Assembly (NCBI GenBank): GCA_944332485.1
Contig: CALVKB010000002.1
Span: 11,044 to 75,043, forward strand
Source of the DNA: an uncultured Bacilli bacterium
Lineage (GTDB): Bacteria > Bacillota_I > Bacilli_A > RFN20 > CAG-288
Direction of reading: 5' to 3'
Length of the DNA: 64,000 bases
This document shows positions 16,843 to 27,422 of the stretch, piece after piece. The position numbers were made by a program, and so were the translations under genes. The notes under the pieces were generated by a model. The model was given only the letters and a program-made list of their open reading frames with translations. It had not been told where the DNA came from and did not search any database. Position 1 is the stretch's first letter. Each line of letters starts with the position of its first letter.

Positions 16843-17628
16843 TTATTCCTTACTTTCCTGTTTTAAACTTAAATGTTTAATCAAATTCACATATTTTGCA
16901 GGAATCTCATCGGTTATTAAACAAATCTTGTTGAATGATGAGAAAGTTGCACTGGAAATATTATCAAATTTATTGTGACTTGCTAATATGTAAACGGAGT
17001 AACATTTTGATATTGCCTTCATTTTTATACTGGCTTCGGATGGATCTGGCGTTGTAAAACCACTGGTTGGATGAATACCATTTGTTCCGAAAAATCCCAA
17101 ACTGAAGTTGAACTTATCTAAAAAATCCAAAGCATAACCACCAATATACGCATTAGTTGTCAGTTTCAATTCACCACCAGTTACATATACTCTATGTCCT
17201 AACTCAGACAACTTAATCGCTAAGTTTGGAGAATTGGTTACAAAATAAGTATTGCTAAGTAAAGGCAAATACGGAATCATACTTGCAACAGTTGTACTAG
17301 CATCCAAATAAACGCACATGTTCGATTTTACAAGTTTACTGGCGTATCTTGCGATGGCATTTTTAATATCGATATCAGTCTCTTCTCTTTCAAAATATTC
17401 CTTATCGACACGATCGAATGTAATCTCACCAAGATATCCTCCGATACTTGTTGCACCTCCGTGAATTTTCACAAGCTTGTGCTCTTTGTTCAATCTATTA
17501 AGATCACGGCGTATCGTCGATTCAGAAATATCAAAAAACTTCGCTAGTTCTTCGACTGACGCTCTTTGATTTTTCGCTTTTTGGATGTACTCTATTATTT
17601 TTTCATCTCTGATAAAATTAATTGCCAT
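16843..17628 (-). CDS. DeoR-family transcriptional regulator (FruR/LacR-like)
   Basis: HTH VEELAKFFDISESTIRRDLNRL plus a DeoR C-terminal sugar-phosphate-binding domain; located upstream of fruK. Confidence 0.75.
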   Translation of the reverse strand: MAINFIRDEKIIEYIQKAKNQRASVEELAKFFDISESTIRRDLNRLNKEHKLVKIHGGATSIGGYLGEITFDRVDKEYFEREETDIDIKNAIARYASKLVKSNMCVYLDASTTVASMIPYLPLLSNTYFVTNSPNLAIKLSELGHRVYVTGGELKLTTNAYIGGYALDFLDKFNFSLGFFGTNGIHPTSGFTTPDPSEASIKMKAISKCYSVYILASHNKFDNISSATFSSFNKICLITDEIPAKYVNLIKHLSLKQESKE

Positions 17629-17631
17629 AAA

Positions 17632-18084
17632 CTACCCACCACAAACATTATTTTCTGTTTTATGCTCTTTAATAAATTTGATGATATTTTCAACATCAAC
17701 ACGAATTTGATTTAAATCTTCATTTTGAATGCTGGCTTCTTCCATCGGACAGATAACATCTTTTTTGACATAAATGTAATCAATCATGTTCTCGTATTCA
17801 ACTTCAACATTGTTCTTTGTCAAAAGTTCATAACCTCTTTTTGTTATATTTGTTGCAACAACTTTTTTAATATGACCTAAGATCAAGAAAGTTGCAGCTG
17901 CACCACCAATTTCATAACAATAACAAGTGGCATTATCAAGCAATTCAAGTTTCTTATGAAAAAGAAAATTGAATGGTCTTATACCATAGGAGTTATCATT
18001 GAAAACTTCCTTACCATCAGAATCTAAAATTACACATGTTTCATCTTTTTTCAATTTCATATTACTTAACCTCTTTAAAATCAT
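17632..18084 (-). CDS. hypothetical protein (150 aa)
   Basis: Intact ORF; no motif recognised. Confidence 0.4.
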   Translation of the reverse strand: MILKRLSNMKLKKDETCVILDSDGKEVFNDNSYGIRPFNFLFHKKLELLDNATCYCYEIGGAAATFLILGHIKKVVATNITKRGYELLTKNNVEVEYENMIDYIYVKKDVICPMEEASIQNEDLNQIRVDVENIIKFIKEHKTENNVCGG

Positions 18085-18721
18085 TTATGTTGTCTTTTTT
18101 ACCGATGACAACGATCTTATCATTCTCACAGAACACGTACTCCGGTTCCATCTCAGTTGAAAGGACATTATTATGATCTATGGCGATGATGTTCAGATGG
18201 TACTTGCTTCTAAAATTACTATCTTTCAAACTTGTTCCAACTAAAGATTTAGGAATCAAAATCTCATTGATCTCAATATCGTTGTTCAACTCCAAAAAAT
18301 CCATAACATTATGATAAATTAGTTTCTTAGCAACTCTAACTGCCATATCTCTTTCTGGATAAACAACTTCAGCTCCTAATTTTTGAAGAATATCTCCCTG
18401 TTCCTGATTGATCGCTTTTGAGATCACCCTTTTTACACCGAGATTCTTAACAGTCAAGGTTGTTAAGATACTTTTTGCAATATCTTCACCGATGCAGACA
18501 ACCACGATTGAACATCTATCAATTCCGATACTTGTCAAAGTCTCAACTGATGTATCATCGCAAAGAAAAGCATTATCGGTATAATTCATCATATTCTTAA
18601 CTTTCTTCTCTTCAATATCACAAACTATAACTTCAACATTGTTCAAACATAACTCAATGGCTAAAGCCATTCCAAATCTTCCAAGTCCGATAATACCTAC
18701 AATTTCCTTTTCGTGTTTCAT
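18062..18721 (-). CDS. trkA: Trk/Ktr potassium uptake system NAD-binding subunit (TrkA/KtrA)
   Basis: Rossmann motif IVGIIGLGRFG plus an RCK_C domain; adjacent to trkH. Confidence 0.8.
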   Translation of the reverse strand: MKHEKEIVGIIGLGRFGMALAIELCLNNVEVIVCDIEEKKVKNMMNYTDNAFLCDDTSVETLTSIGIDRCSIVVVCIGEDIAKSILTTLTVKNLGVKRVISKAINQEQGDILQKLGAEVVYPERDMAVRVAKKLIYHNVMDFLELNNDIEINEILIPKSLVGTSLKDSNFRSKYHLNIIAIDHNNVLSTEMEPEYVFCENDKIVVIGKKDNINDFKEVK

Positions 18722-18730
18722 AATAACCTC

Positions 18731-20086
18731 CTATCCGATTGAAATACTTTCATCTAAATATCTCGCTGTTGATAAATTCTCTTTTCGTTTCCATAATGTT
18801 GCAATTGTCATAGGACCCAAACGCCCGATGAACATAACAATAATTAGTATTAATTTGCTCCCCCAATTGAAAAACGGAGTAAAACCTGTTGATAAACCAA
18901 CTGTTCCAAAAGCACTAGCACATTCAAAGAAATAGTCTAGCATATCATACCTTCTCCCGCTTAATAGTTGCACACCTTCAATAGCAGTGATGGCGAAGGT
19001 TGATAATCCGATCAATATAATTCCCAAAATAACAATACCGAAGGCTTTCTTGATAATCTCATCTTTTATACTTCTTTTGAAAATCTGGTTCCTAGAGCTT
19101 GTTATTGTTGATTTAATTGAAAGCATAATAACAAAGAATGTTGTTACTTTAATACCACCACCTGTTGAACCAGGAGCTGCACCAACAAACATCAAAAAGA
19201 TGATAACTAATAATGTCCCTTGCTTCATATCTCCAACAGGGAATGTTGAAAATCCAGCTGTACGGCTTGAGACAGAGAAAAACCATGAACCTAACCATGA
19301 GATATTATCCCACTCGCAAAGTTTGATTAAGAAGAACCCTAAAACCCACAATATAACACTGATCAAAAGGACAATCTTGGTGTGAAGTTTAAATTTCTTG
19401 ATGTTGAATTTGCACTTGATCATATCTAAGACAACCAAAAATCCAATACCACCTAAGATGATCAATAAGCAAGTGACAATATTTAAAAATACATCATTAC
19501 GATAGTCAAACAATGACTTATATCCACCAAGAATATCAAAACCTGAGTTATTAAAAGCAGCGATTGAATGGAAAAAAGCTGTTCCAAAAGCTCTATCAAG
19601 TGGCATATGTTGAGCAAAACTTATAACAGATAAGAATGCTCCGATAAGTTCGACAACCAAAGTGTAAAGAAGCACTTTTATAAAAATACTCTTCAAGTCT
19701 TTAAATGTATCAATATTCCACGCTTCTTTTAAAATAGTTGACTGCCTAACTGATAAATTTCCGTTACTAATCAAAATCAACCCGATACTGAATGTAGTGA
19801 CACCCAATCCTCCAACTTGAATCAATATAGCTAATACTATTCTTCCAAAAACATTGAATGTATCATAAGCATCAGCACTTACTAGACCAGTGACACAAAC
19901 CGCACTAACTGATGTAAACAAAGAGTCGATGTAACTTATCGATGCACCATCATTCAAAGAGAATGGACATATAAGCAAAACACTTCCAACGAGAATAACC
20001 AATAAAAAAGATATAGCAATAATGGCACCTGGACGTAGGAAGAACTTACGTGACTTTCCTTTATTAACACTATTTGTCATATACAT
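18731..20086 (-). CDS. trkH: Trk/Ktr potassium transporter membrane subunit (TrkH/KtrB)
   Basis: Polytopic membrane protein with repeated glycine-rich pore-loop motifs (GLVSADAY, GGLGVTTF, SRTAGFSTF, APGSTGGGIKVTTF). Confidence 0.8.
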   Translation of the reverse strand: MYMTNSVNKGKSRKFFLRPGAIIAISFLLVILVGSVLLICPFSLNDGASISYIDSLFTSVSAVCVTGLVSADAYDTFNVFGRIVLAILIQVGGLGVTTFSIGLILISNGNLSVRQSTILKEAWNIDTFKDLKSIFIKVLLYTLVVELIGAFLSVISFAQHMPLDRAFGTAFFHSIAAFNNSGFDILGGYKSLFDYRNDVFLNIVTCLLIILGGIGFLVVLDMIKCKFNIKKFKLHTKIVLLISVILWVLGFFLIKLCEWDNISWLGSWFFSVSSRTAGFSTFPVGDMKQGTLLVIIFLMFVGAAPGSTGGGIKVTTFFVIMLSIKSTITSSRNQIFKRSIKDEIIKKAFGIVILGIILIGLSTFAITAIEGVQLLSGRRYDMLDYFFECASAFGTVGLSTGFTPFFNWGSKLILIIVMFIGRLGPMTIATLWKRKENLSTARYLDESISIG

Positions 20087-20340
20087 TAAATTATATATAA
20101 AAATAAATATTTTTTTAAAATAGCTAGTGATTACAAAATATTTTTATATGAAAAAATACATCTTTTTTGTCTAACATTAAGTAAATTTTACTTTGAAAAT
20201 TCTAATAACTTAGTTAGAAATATTATTTAACAATTTTAGTATAAAATTTTAAAATGCTTTCCAAATAAAATTATTTTAAATAAAATAAAAAAAGAGTTTG
20301 TCTATTTAACAAACTCTTTTGAATAAATATAACTTTTTCT

Positions 20341-21672
20341 CTACTTAGCTAATGTTCCAAGTGGATCCCATGGAAGCAACTCCACTGGTTTTTTAAGTAA
20401 GCTTTCAGCCTCAGTTTGATTTAAATAAACTTTCTTTATAACGGCTTGATAAACATAAAGATCAAAAAAGGAATCACTCATAACATAAAAACCTTTTCTA
20501 CCTTTATCATCACCCCAGGAATTTTCAATTTTCCATCTAATAGGCTTCTCATCTTCATCTAGCATAACACCTGTTATAACCATAGCATGGTTCATAACTG
20601 ATTCTCTGAAATTGAGTGCATCATCTTTGTTCATAGCAAAATCAACACCAAGCAAACTCTTGTAATCAAATAGTTTGTCATCCCAAATACCTTCAGTTCT
20701 TTCGCCATAATGGGAAACATCACTACCGAACCAAACAAGTTCACCTTCTTTAAGTGATTTTATGATTAGTTGTTTCAATCTTTCCATCTCAACATTCAAG
20801 TGAGTTACTGTCTTACCATTTATAACGTTTCCTAAATATTTCACAGTGTAGGTCTTGTTGAATGGTTTATCCTTTGTTGGAGCATTGACAACACTTTGAT
20901 ATTCATCGACCAGATCCATAACACCGTATTGTTTGGCAAATTCAACCGGTGTAATAGCATTTTCACAGACTACAACTTCACCATCTTTCGGTTTGTAAGT
21001 GAAAACAAATTTCTGTGGTGGAACACCGAACAAATTACAAAGCATAGTGTAAAATTTTGCCAAGTAAGTTTCCCTCAACTTCAAACATTCCTTTTCAGAT
21101 TTTTTGTGTGTTTCACAAGCGAATTGTCTTAATGTTGCATTGATCAATTTGTCAGAGATCAAAGTTTTATTACTTTGTGCTGTTTCAAAGAAATTTTCCT
21201 TTGGCATCACACCGTATTTTCTGACCAATGAAACGAACATATCCCACTGACCACCATCGCCAACAGGTGTATTTAAAATAAAATCGAGTTCTCTATCACC
21301 GATGTCTTTATCCTTTAAATCGATCAATACATTCATCACATAATTGCATTTTTCCAATTTGTCATAAAACGACATGTAATTTTGTGATAACTCAAATTGT
21401 TCTAAATTCAACTGTTTTGCTATATGCTCTCTTAACAAATTTAAGCTTGCAAAAATCCAGCATCTTCCTGATTGCTTTTGATTGCAAACGTTCATCGTTT
21501 TAACTTCAACATTAAAATAATCTTTAGTGTGGTCAGTTTGTTCAGATACATAAACCAAATCATTTATATCTGTCTTACTTAAAGCATGACGTTTTACATC
21601 ATTTGTTTTATCACTTAGATAATTTTTTCTTAAGGAAGTTAATTCCTCTTGACTGATTGCATAATTCTTCAT
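20341..21672 (-). CDS. pepC: aminopeptidase C (bleomycin hydrolase family, peptidase C1B)
   Basis: Active-site motif QKQSGRCWIFASLN. The start is revised to MKNYAISQEEL, which has GGAGG 6 nt upstream (the track start at 21690 lies upstream of that RBS). Confidence 0.85.
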   Translation of the reverse strand: MKNYAISQEELTSLRKNYLSDKTNDVKRHALSKTDINDLVYVSEQTDHTKDYFNVEVKTMNVCNQKQSGRCWIFASLNLLREHIAKQLNLEQFELSQNYMSFYDKLEKCNYVMNVLIDLKDKDIGDRELDFILNTPVGDGGQWDMFVSLVRKYGVMPKENFFETAQSNKTLISDKLINATLRQFACETHKKSEKECLKLRETYLAKFYTMLCNLFGVPPQKFVFTYKPKDGEVVVCENAITPVEFAKQYGVMDLVDEYQSVVNAPTKDKPFNKTYTVKYLGNVINGKTVTHLNVEMERLKQLIIKSLKEGELVWFGSDVSHYGERTEGIWDDKLFDYKSLLGVDFAMNKDDALNFRESVMNHAMVITGVMLDEDEKPIRWKIENSWGDDKGRKGFYVMSDSFFDLYVYQAVIKKVYLNQTEAESLLKKPVELLPWDPLGTLAK

Positions 21673-21739
21673 AAAAAACCTCCAAAACAATATTAATTAT
21701 ATTACTTTGAAGGTGTTAAATATTTAGAATGCGTTATTA

Positions 21740-22582
21740 TTAATAACTATATTTTCTTTGAGGTAACAAAAAATAACTTTGTTTGCTATTTATTTGAACT
21801 GTTTCATTCAAAGTGATCATGTATTCAGTTGATCCATTTTTAATAATAACGTAGTCACCAACTTTTTGCTGTGGATAATAACTAAAACTTCCATACCAGC
21901 TTTTGCCCATAGCATCACCATTAATACCTACATAATTCAAATATTCACTAAAATCCTCATAATGTGAATCTGTATAATAAACGGCATCTTTTGTATAGTC
22001 ATAATTACCTACAGAATATACCAATCTTATAGCACCACGATTTTGTCCAGCTTCTGTGAAACTTTGATCGTTAACGTATAAATCCATCTCTCTATAGGTG
22101 TAGTCCGGATCTAAAAGACCTTCCTTATTTTGGAAAACAGAGCTTCCATATAACATACAATTGCTACCTAATTGTGAGACACATGTACTACGACTACTAG
22201 CACTGTAATAATTACTTGGCATCTTCTTAAAAGCTATAACATAAGCCATAACATCCTGTTTTTTAATGTAATACTGATCTTCATAAATTGTTTTGGTTGT
22301 TCCAGGAATTGTGTAACTATCAAATTGTCTTGGAATAGCTAATTTTGTAATAGTTCTATCTAAATCCTCAGTTATCGAAGATGAACTTGATGAACTTGAT
22401 GAACTAATTGTACTTGTTATACTGGTTGCTGTACTATCTGAAACACTTGATGTTGAATCTAATGAAGTCGAGATTGAAGAATCCTGTGAGGAACTAGTTG
22501 AATCACTTTGAAAAAGTGAACATTGTGACAATGAAAAAGATAACATAGTAGCAAATCCTAATAAACTTAATATTTTATTCAT
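21740..22582 (-). CDS. secreted lipoprotein ribonuclease, barnase/RNase Sa (N1/T1) family, with a Ser-rich linker
   Basis: Lipobox MLSFSLSQCSLF and a poly-Ser/Thr linker. The catalytic region VFQNKEGLLDPDYTYREMDLY...NRGAIRLVYS...YYTDSHYEDF aligns to barnase FSNREGKLP...WREADIN...RNSDRILYS...YKTTDHYQTF. Confidence 0.85.
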   Translation of the reverse strand: MNKILSLLGFATMLSFSLSQCSLFQSDSTSSSQDSSISTSLDSTSSVSDSTATSITSTISSSSSSSSSSITEDLDRTITKLAIPRQFDSYTIPGTTKTIYEDQYYIKKQDVMAYVIAFKKMPSNYYSASSRSTCVSQLGSNCMLYGSSVFQNKEGLLDPDYTYREMDLYVNDQSFTEAGQNRGAIRLVYSVGNYDYTKDAVYYTDSHYEDFSEYLNYVGINGDAMGKSWYGSFSYYPQQKVGDYVIIKNGSTEYMITLNETVQINSKQSYFLLPQRKYSY

Positions 22583-22882
22583 ACTTAAACTCCATTTCTC
22601 TTAGGTATAAAAATTATAGATTATTAAAGCTTAAAAAACGAAATTATAATATTATAAAACAACTTTTATTATTAATATTAAATTGTAAAATATAAAATAA
22701 TATATGAAAATAGCAATATTTTATTCATTGTAATTTTGATGAAAGAATTTGACACAAAATCATAAATTCATAAACAAATTTTCATATATATTAATAATCT
22801 GTCATTTTACATAAGTAAACTTATTTAAAATTTAACATTCCTCTTTTGATATACTTTTAATTAACCGTAAAGGAGAGCGTTA

Positions 22883-24541
22883 ATGAAAAATATTTTCAAA
22901 TATTTATCCTCGTTTTTAATAGCTTCAGTGATGACAAGTTGTTCATTATTCGAAAATAATTCCTCAACATCTTCCACAACAACTTCCACAACATCTTCAA
23001 CCACCACATCAAGCACAAGTCAAAATATCACATCCAGTTCACATGAAGAAACACCAACACCATCAAGTAATCCAAGAATTAAAGAATATTCTTATGTGGA
23101 TGATGCAAACTACAACATTGTTGTTGCACACTCAAACTTCCAACTGAGTTCAAAACCGAATGAATTTACAGTTTATGCGGTTACTGATGTTCACGGAAAA
23201 ATTGATTTCCAAGAAGAACAATATACAGGATTAGCTCAACTTGATTACAACATCAAACATGATGCTAATTACTCTTTAGAAAATTCAATATTGATAAGTT
23301 CTGGTGATATGTACCAAGGTTATGGAATTTCAAACTACTATGAAGGAATTCCGATGGTTGATGTTTTCAATATGATGGGAATGGTTTCTAATACAATTGG
23401 AAACCACGAGTTCGATTGGGGTATTGATACATTAACTTCAACAGCAAAATACAGCTTAGATAATACAGGTTTTGTCACATTAGGTAGCAACATATACAAT
23501 CAAAAAACTAATCAAAAATTGGACAATGTCTATGATGCTCTTATCTATGATATGGACAATTTTAAAGTAGGTATTGTCGGAGTTATCGGTCAACTTGAAA
23601 ATTCCATATCAACAAAAGCTTTGGGTGATTACAAATTCAACACAGATGTTTCTAATACAACTGCTCTAGGTACAACATTGAAAAATACCTATGACTGCGA
23701 TTTGGTTGTCTTAGCTGCTCATGAATCTATCGATGCAAGCTTTATATCAACCATTTCAAATTCTATATCAAGTCCTTTTGATATCATCTTCGGTGGACAT
23801 AGTCACGCATTTAACGATATGTCAACCAACAATGTTCCATATTTACAAGCTTATTGTGATTCAAATGGATATTCTGTTGCTAACTTCACATTAAATAATG
23901 GCGATTATCACATGAATGAAGGTTACAACCAATATTTAACAAGCCCTACACAAATAGCAGATTCGCTTCTTGATCAGGACATTTTAAATTACATCAATTC
24001 AATTGATAGAAGTTTTTTAAATCGTGTTCTTGCAAATATAACCTTTGATTTAAAACGCTATCCTAGATCAGACGAAGATGGAAATTTGATCCAATTTATT
24101 CTCAAAGCAATGTATAACTCCTACAAGGATTTGCATCCGGAAGATACTAACAATATCATCACAATTCACAACAACGGTGGAGTTAGAGGTGATATCTACA
24201 AAGGAGATGTTACCGTAAATGATATTTTTACAGTTTCGCCGTTTGATAATAGAGTTGTTAAAGTCGTAAAATCCGGTGATAAAGTTTACCGTCAAACCGT
24301 CAATAACTCTTCAAATTCCTACTATACCAACGGAGTTGAAGTGACAAATTCCAGAAGTACAACCTGGACAGTTATAACAATAGATTATCTAACAACAAAT
24401 CAATCCTTCCCAGATCTTTATGATGCTAACAACGGTGGTGAAGATATACTTCCAAACGGCAATAGTTACTATATAAGAGACTTGTTGATAAATTATATTG
24501 ACAATACATTACATAACGTTATCAAACTTTCCGATTGCTAA
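22883..24541 (+). CDS. lipoprotein 5'-nucleotidase / 2',3'-cyclic-nucleotide phosphodiesterase family (calcineurin-like metallophosphoesterase)
   Basis: Lipobox VMTSCSLF with a Ser/Thr-rich linker; motifs VTDVHGKI (DxHG), SSGDMYQG, IGNHEFDWG (GNHE). Confidence 0.85.
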   Translation: MKNIFKYLSSFLIASVMTSCSLFENNSSTSSTTTSTTSSTTTSSTSQNITSSSHEETPTPSSNPRIKEYSYVDDANYNIVVAHSNFQLSSKPNEFTVYAVTDVHGKIDFQEEQYTGLAQLDYNIKHDANYSLENSILISSGDMYQGYGISNYYEGIPMVDVFNMMGMVSNTIGNHEFDWGIDTLTSTAKYSLDNTGFVTLGSNIYNQKTNQKLDNVYDALIYDMDNFKVGIVGVIGQLENSISTKALGDYKFNTDVSNTTALGTTLKNTYDCDLVVLAAHESIDASFISTISNSISSPFDIIFGGHSHAFNDMSTNNVPYLQAYCDSNGYSVANFTLNNGDYHMNEGYNQYLTSPTQIADSLLDQDILNYINSIDRSFLNRVLANITFDLKRYPRSDEDGNLIQFILKAMYNSYKDLHPEDTNNIITIHNNGGVRGDIYKGDVTVNDIFTVSPFDNRVVKVVKSGDKVYRQTVNNSSNSYYTNGVEVTNSRSTTWTVITIDYLTTNQSFPDLYDANNGGEDILPNGNSYYIRDLLINYIDNTLHNVIKLSDC

Positions 24542-24665
24542 TTTAAAAATTTCAAATAAAAAAACTTAACTTATATATTGTTTATTTGATTTGAACTATG
24601 TACTTTAAATTTCAGTAGATACTTCAAATCTCATCTGTAAGTTAAGTTTTTTATTTTAAATATTT

Positions 24666-25880
24666 TTAGTTATTGAATAAATCGATCAAAACTTCAACCA
24701 TTTTCAAAGCTTGATCAACATCGACAAATTCATATCTTCCGTGGCAATTATAATCACCTGTTCCTAAGTTTGCACATGGTAAGCCCATGAAGCTTAGATG
24801 AGCACCAGTTGTTCCACCTCTTATAGCTTCCATCTTATACTCAAGATTCAAACGCTTGTAACTATTTATGACATTTTGTACGATATGTGGATTTTTATCT
24901 AAAGCTTCTTTCATATTTAAATAGGTCTCTTCAATTGATAATTCGACTATATCATAACCTTTGTTGTAGGTTTTGTTGATATTTTGAGCAATTTGTTTAG
25001 CATAATCGATCTTCTTATGTAATTCTTTCAAATCAAAATCGCGGATTATATATGTTAATGTTGTTAATTCCTCGTTTCCTTTGATGTCCAAAAGATGATA
25101 AAAGCCTTGTTTATGTTCAGTATGTTCAGGTCTCTGATCTTTTGGCAACTTGTTGTGGAAATCCATAGCGACATTTATAGCATTGATCATCTTATCTTTA
25201 GCAGAGCCTGGATGAATGCTAATACCTTTTACAGTGACAACCATCGAATAAGCGTTGAAGTTCTCGTTGGAAATATAAAGAATATCTCCACCATCAATTG
25301 TGTATCCGTATTTACTTACCAATTTATCTAAATCAACATGAAATGCATCTACACCAATTTCTTCATCAGTTGTAAATAATATCTCAAGTGAATGTTTAAA
25401 TGTATTTCTGTCAAAGTTAGTTAGTAAATCCATGATAATAGCTATTCCAGCTTTATCATCTCCACCTAAAAGAGTCGTACCATCGGTCACAATCAAACTA
25501 TGACCAAGACATCTATTCAAACTTGGAAATTCATTAGGGTTTAATGATGTTGCATCATTTAATTTGATAACTTTTCCATCGTATTTTTCAATAATACGAG
25601 GTTTAATATTAAATCCACTACATGATGGTGATGTATCCATATGTGCTAATAAACATATGCTGTTTTTCAAATCAGAATCTTGTTTTGATTTGAAAACGGC
25701 GTGAATAGTACCGAATTTGTTAGTTTCCAATATATCAGGGTTATATTTTTTCAATTGTTCAACTAAATAATGGCCCAAAACATATTGATTTTCACAACTG
25801 GCCTTGTTTTCTTGTGGTTCACCAGCAGTTGTATCAAAGCTCACATATTTTAAAAAATTGCACACAAAATTGTTTTTCAT
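24666..25880 (-). CDS. pepT: peptidase T (tripeptide aminopeptidase, M20B)
   Basis: Motifs LLAHMDTSP and LIVTDGTTLLGGDDKAGIAIIMD. Confidence 0.9.
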   Translation of the reverse strand: MKNNFVCNFLKYVSFDTTAGEPQENKASCENQYVLGHYLVEQLKKYNPDILETNKFGTIHAVFKSKQDSDLKNSICLLAHMDTSPSCSGFNIKPRIIEKYDGKVIKLNDATSLNPNEFPSLNRCLGHSLIVTDGTTLLGGDDKAGIAIIMDLLTNFDRNTFKHSLEILFTTDEEIGVDAFHVDLDKLVSKYGYTIDGGDILYISNENFNAYSMVVTVKGISIHPGSAKDKMINAINVAMDFHNKLPKDQRPEHTEHKQGFYHLLDIKGNEELTTLTYIIRDFDLKELHKKIDYAKQIAQNINKTYNKGYDIVELSIEETYLNMKEALDKNPHIVQNVINSYKRLNLEYKMEAIRGGTTGAHLSFMGLPCANLGTGDYNCHGRYEFVDVDQALKMVEVLIDLFNN

Positions 25881-25917
25881 AAATACCTCTTAAATATTCT
25901 TAATTCAAAAATTTATC

Positions 25918-26571
25918 TTATTTTCCTTCAGCTTCAAAGAAAAGATCATAAATTGTAAAGTAATCCAAATTTGTAATTATATTATTTGAATCGTTTTTAT
26001 CTACTAATGAAACAGTAATTAAAGAAGTTTCTGGTAAAAATATTTGTAAATCCTTCTTTATTTCAAAATTAGTAATACCATCTATGCTACCTTTACTACT
26101 ATAGTTCACAGTAATTGAACCAGATGGATCAGTTGGGACTGAACCAAGGTCATAGATATCATACAAATCACTCTCGTATGACAATGTCATCGGCATATCG
26201 AAACTTGTGTCACCAGTTTGAACTGTCAAAGTAAAATTGGAAGATTCACTCTTAATGTAAAAATGAGCATCTTTCAAAGCATCCAAAACTTTTGCTTTTG
26301 CATAATAGTAAGTGCAATTGAGAGCATCTTCAACAGAAGTTACTGGTTCTTGAGTAAAACTACTAAAATCGATCACATCCAAAGAATCTTTGATAATATC
26401 GTACAGAGTTTTATTATTAAAAATATTTCTCTTCAGATCATCCGCAGTAATTTGTTTTACTCCTGAAGCTTGAAAACTTAAAGATTTCAATTCTTCTTTC
26501 TGTGCACCAACTCCAGAGCAAGATGTCATAAAAAATGTCAAACACATAAGGGCTTTTGCTATTTTCATCAT
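25918..26571 (-). CDS. hypothetical lipoprotein (217 aa)
   Basis: Signal peptide + lipobox LTFFMTSCSGV; no catalytic motif recognised. Confidence 0.55.
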   Translation of the reverse strand: MMKIAKALMCLTFFMTSCSGVGAQKEELKSLSFQASGVKQITADDLKRNIFNNKTLYDIIKDSLDVIDFSSFTQEPVTSVEDALNCTYYYAKAKVLDALKDAHFYIKSESSNFTLTVQTGDTSFDMPMTLSYESDLYDIYDLGSVPTDPSGSITVNYSSKGSIDGITNFEIKKDLQIFLPETSLITVSLVDKNDSNNIITNLDYFTIYDLFFEAEGK

Positions 26572-26678
26572 TTAATGCCTCCTTTAATTAATTATAAAAG
26601 GAAAATAATATTTAAAAAAGCATTCTGTACATCTTCACAGAATGCTTGTTATAAAAATACAAAGAAAAACGATCGTTT

Positions 26679-27368
26679 TTACTTCTCTTCGTTATCACCG
26701 AAGAAAGTTCCCCTCGCCTGCTTTTTAACTTCAAAACTTGTTGAGAATGGAACTCTTGTTGTGTAACCGTTTTTAGCAGCAACAATCATCTTTGTTGGCC
26801 AAGCTTGGATATCTTTATTCCATTGATAAACAGAATCATTGTAAATGTCTCTAGCAGCAGTGATTTCTTTTTGTAAATAACTGTTTTGTTGCATAGCTTC
26901 ACGGATATCAGCATGGCTTTGTAAATCTGGATATCTTTCAAAAGTCATAGCTAAACCACGATTGATGACATTGAGATCTTGAGATGTTTGATTTCTTGCC
27001 ACATCAGCATCGTTATCTTTAACACCACCACGAGCTTTAGCAACTGCAATCATAACTTCCTTATCCAATTTGATACTTTTATCAACCAATTGAGCGCAGT
27101 TAGATAAAACAACAACTCTCTGCTCCAAATAATTATCGATTTGCGAGGCGTTAGCTTGTATTTTCTGTTCAAGCTGTCTTAAGTAAACTCCGGCCTTAAT
27201 CTTCATAAACAAGAAAATTAAACCTGGGAAAATACCACAGATCCAAAGGATAACTTCAAAGATAGTTGATCCGATTCCAACCTTAACCGGTAATTTTTTC
27301 TCTATAACATTAACATCATTTCCATTAGGATTAACATAATCATGTAATTCGTCTAAACCATTAGCCAT
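26679..27368 (-). CDS. lemA: LemA-family membrane protein
   Basis: One TM followed by the LemA domain (FERYPDLQSH...LQKEITAARDIYNDSVYQWNKDIQAWPTKMIVAAKNGY). Confidence 0.8.
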   Translation of the reverse strand: MANGLDELHDYVNPNGNDVNVIEKKLPVKVGIGSTIFEVILWICGIFPGLIFLFMKIKAGVYLRQLEQKIQANASQIDNYLEQRVVVLSNCAQLVDKSIKLDKEVMIAVAKARGGVKDNDADVARNQTSQDLNVINRGLAMTFERYPDLQSHADIREAMQQNSYLQKEITAARDIYNDSVYQWNKDIQAWPTKMIVAAKNGYTTRVPFSTSFEVKKQARGTFFGDNEEK

Positions 27369-27422
27369 ATTTTTTTCTCCTTACTCATATAATTATAACT
27401 TAAGTCTATTTTAAAATTATCT

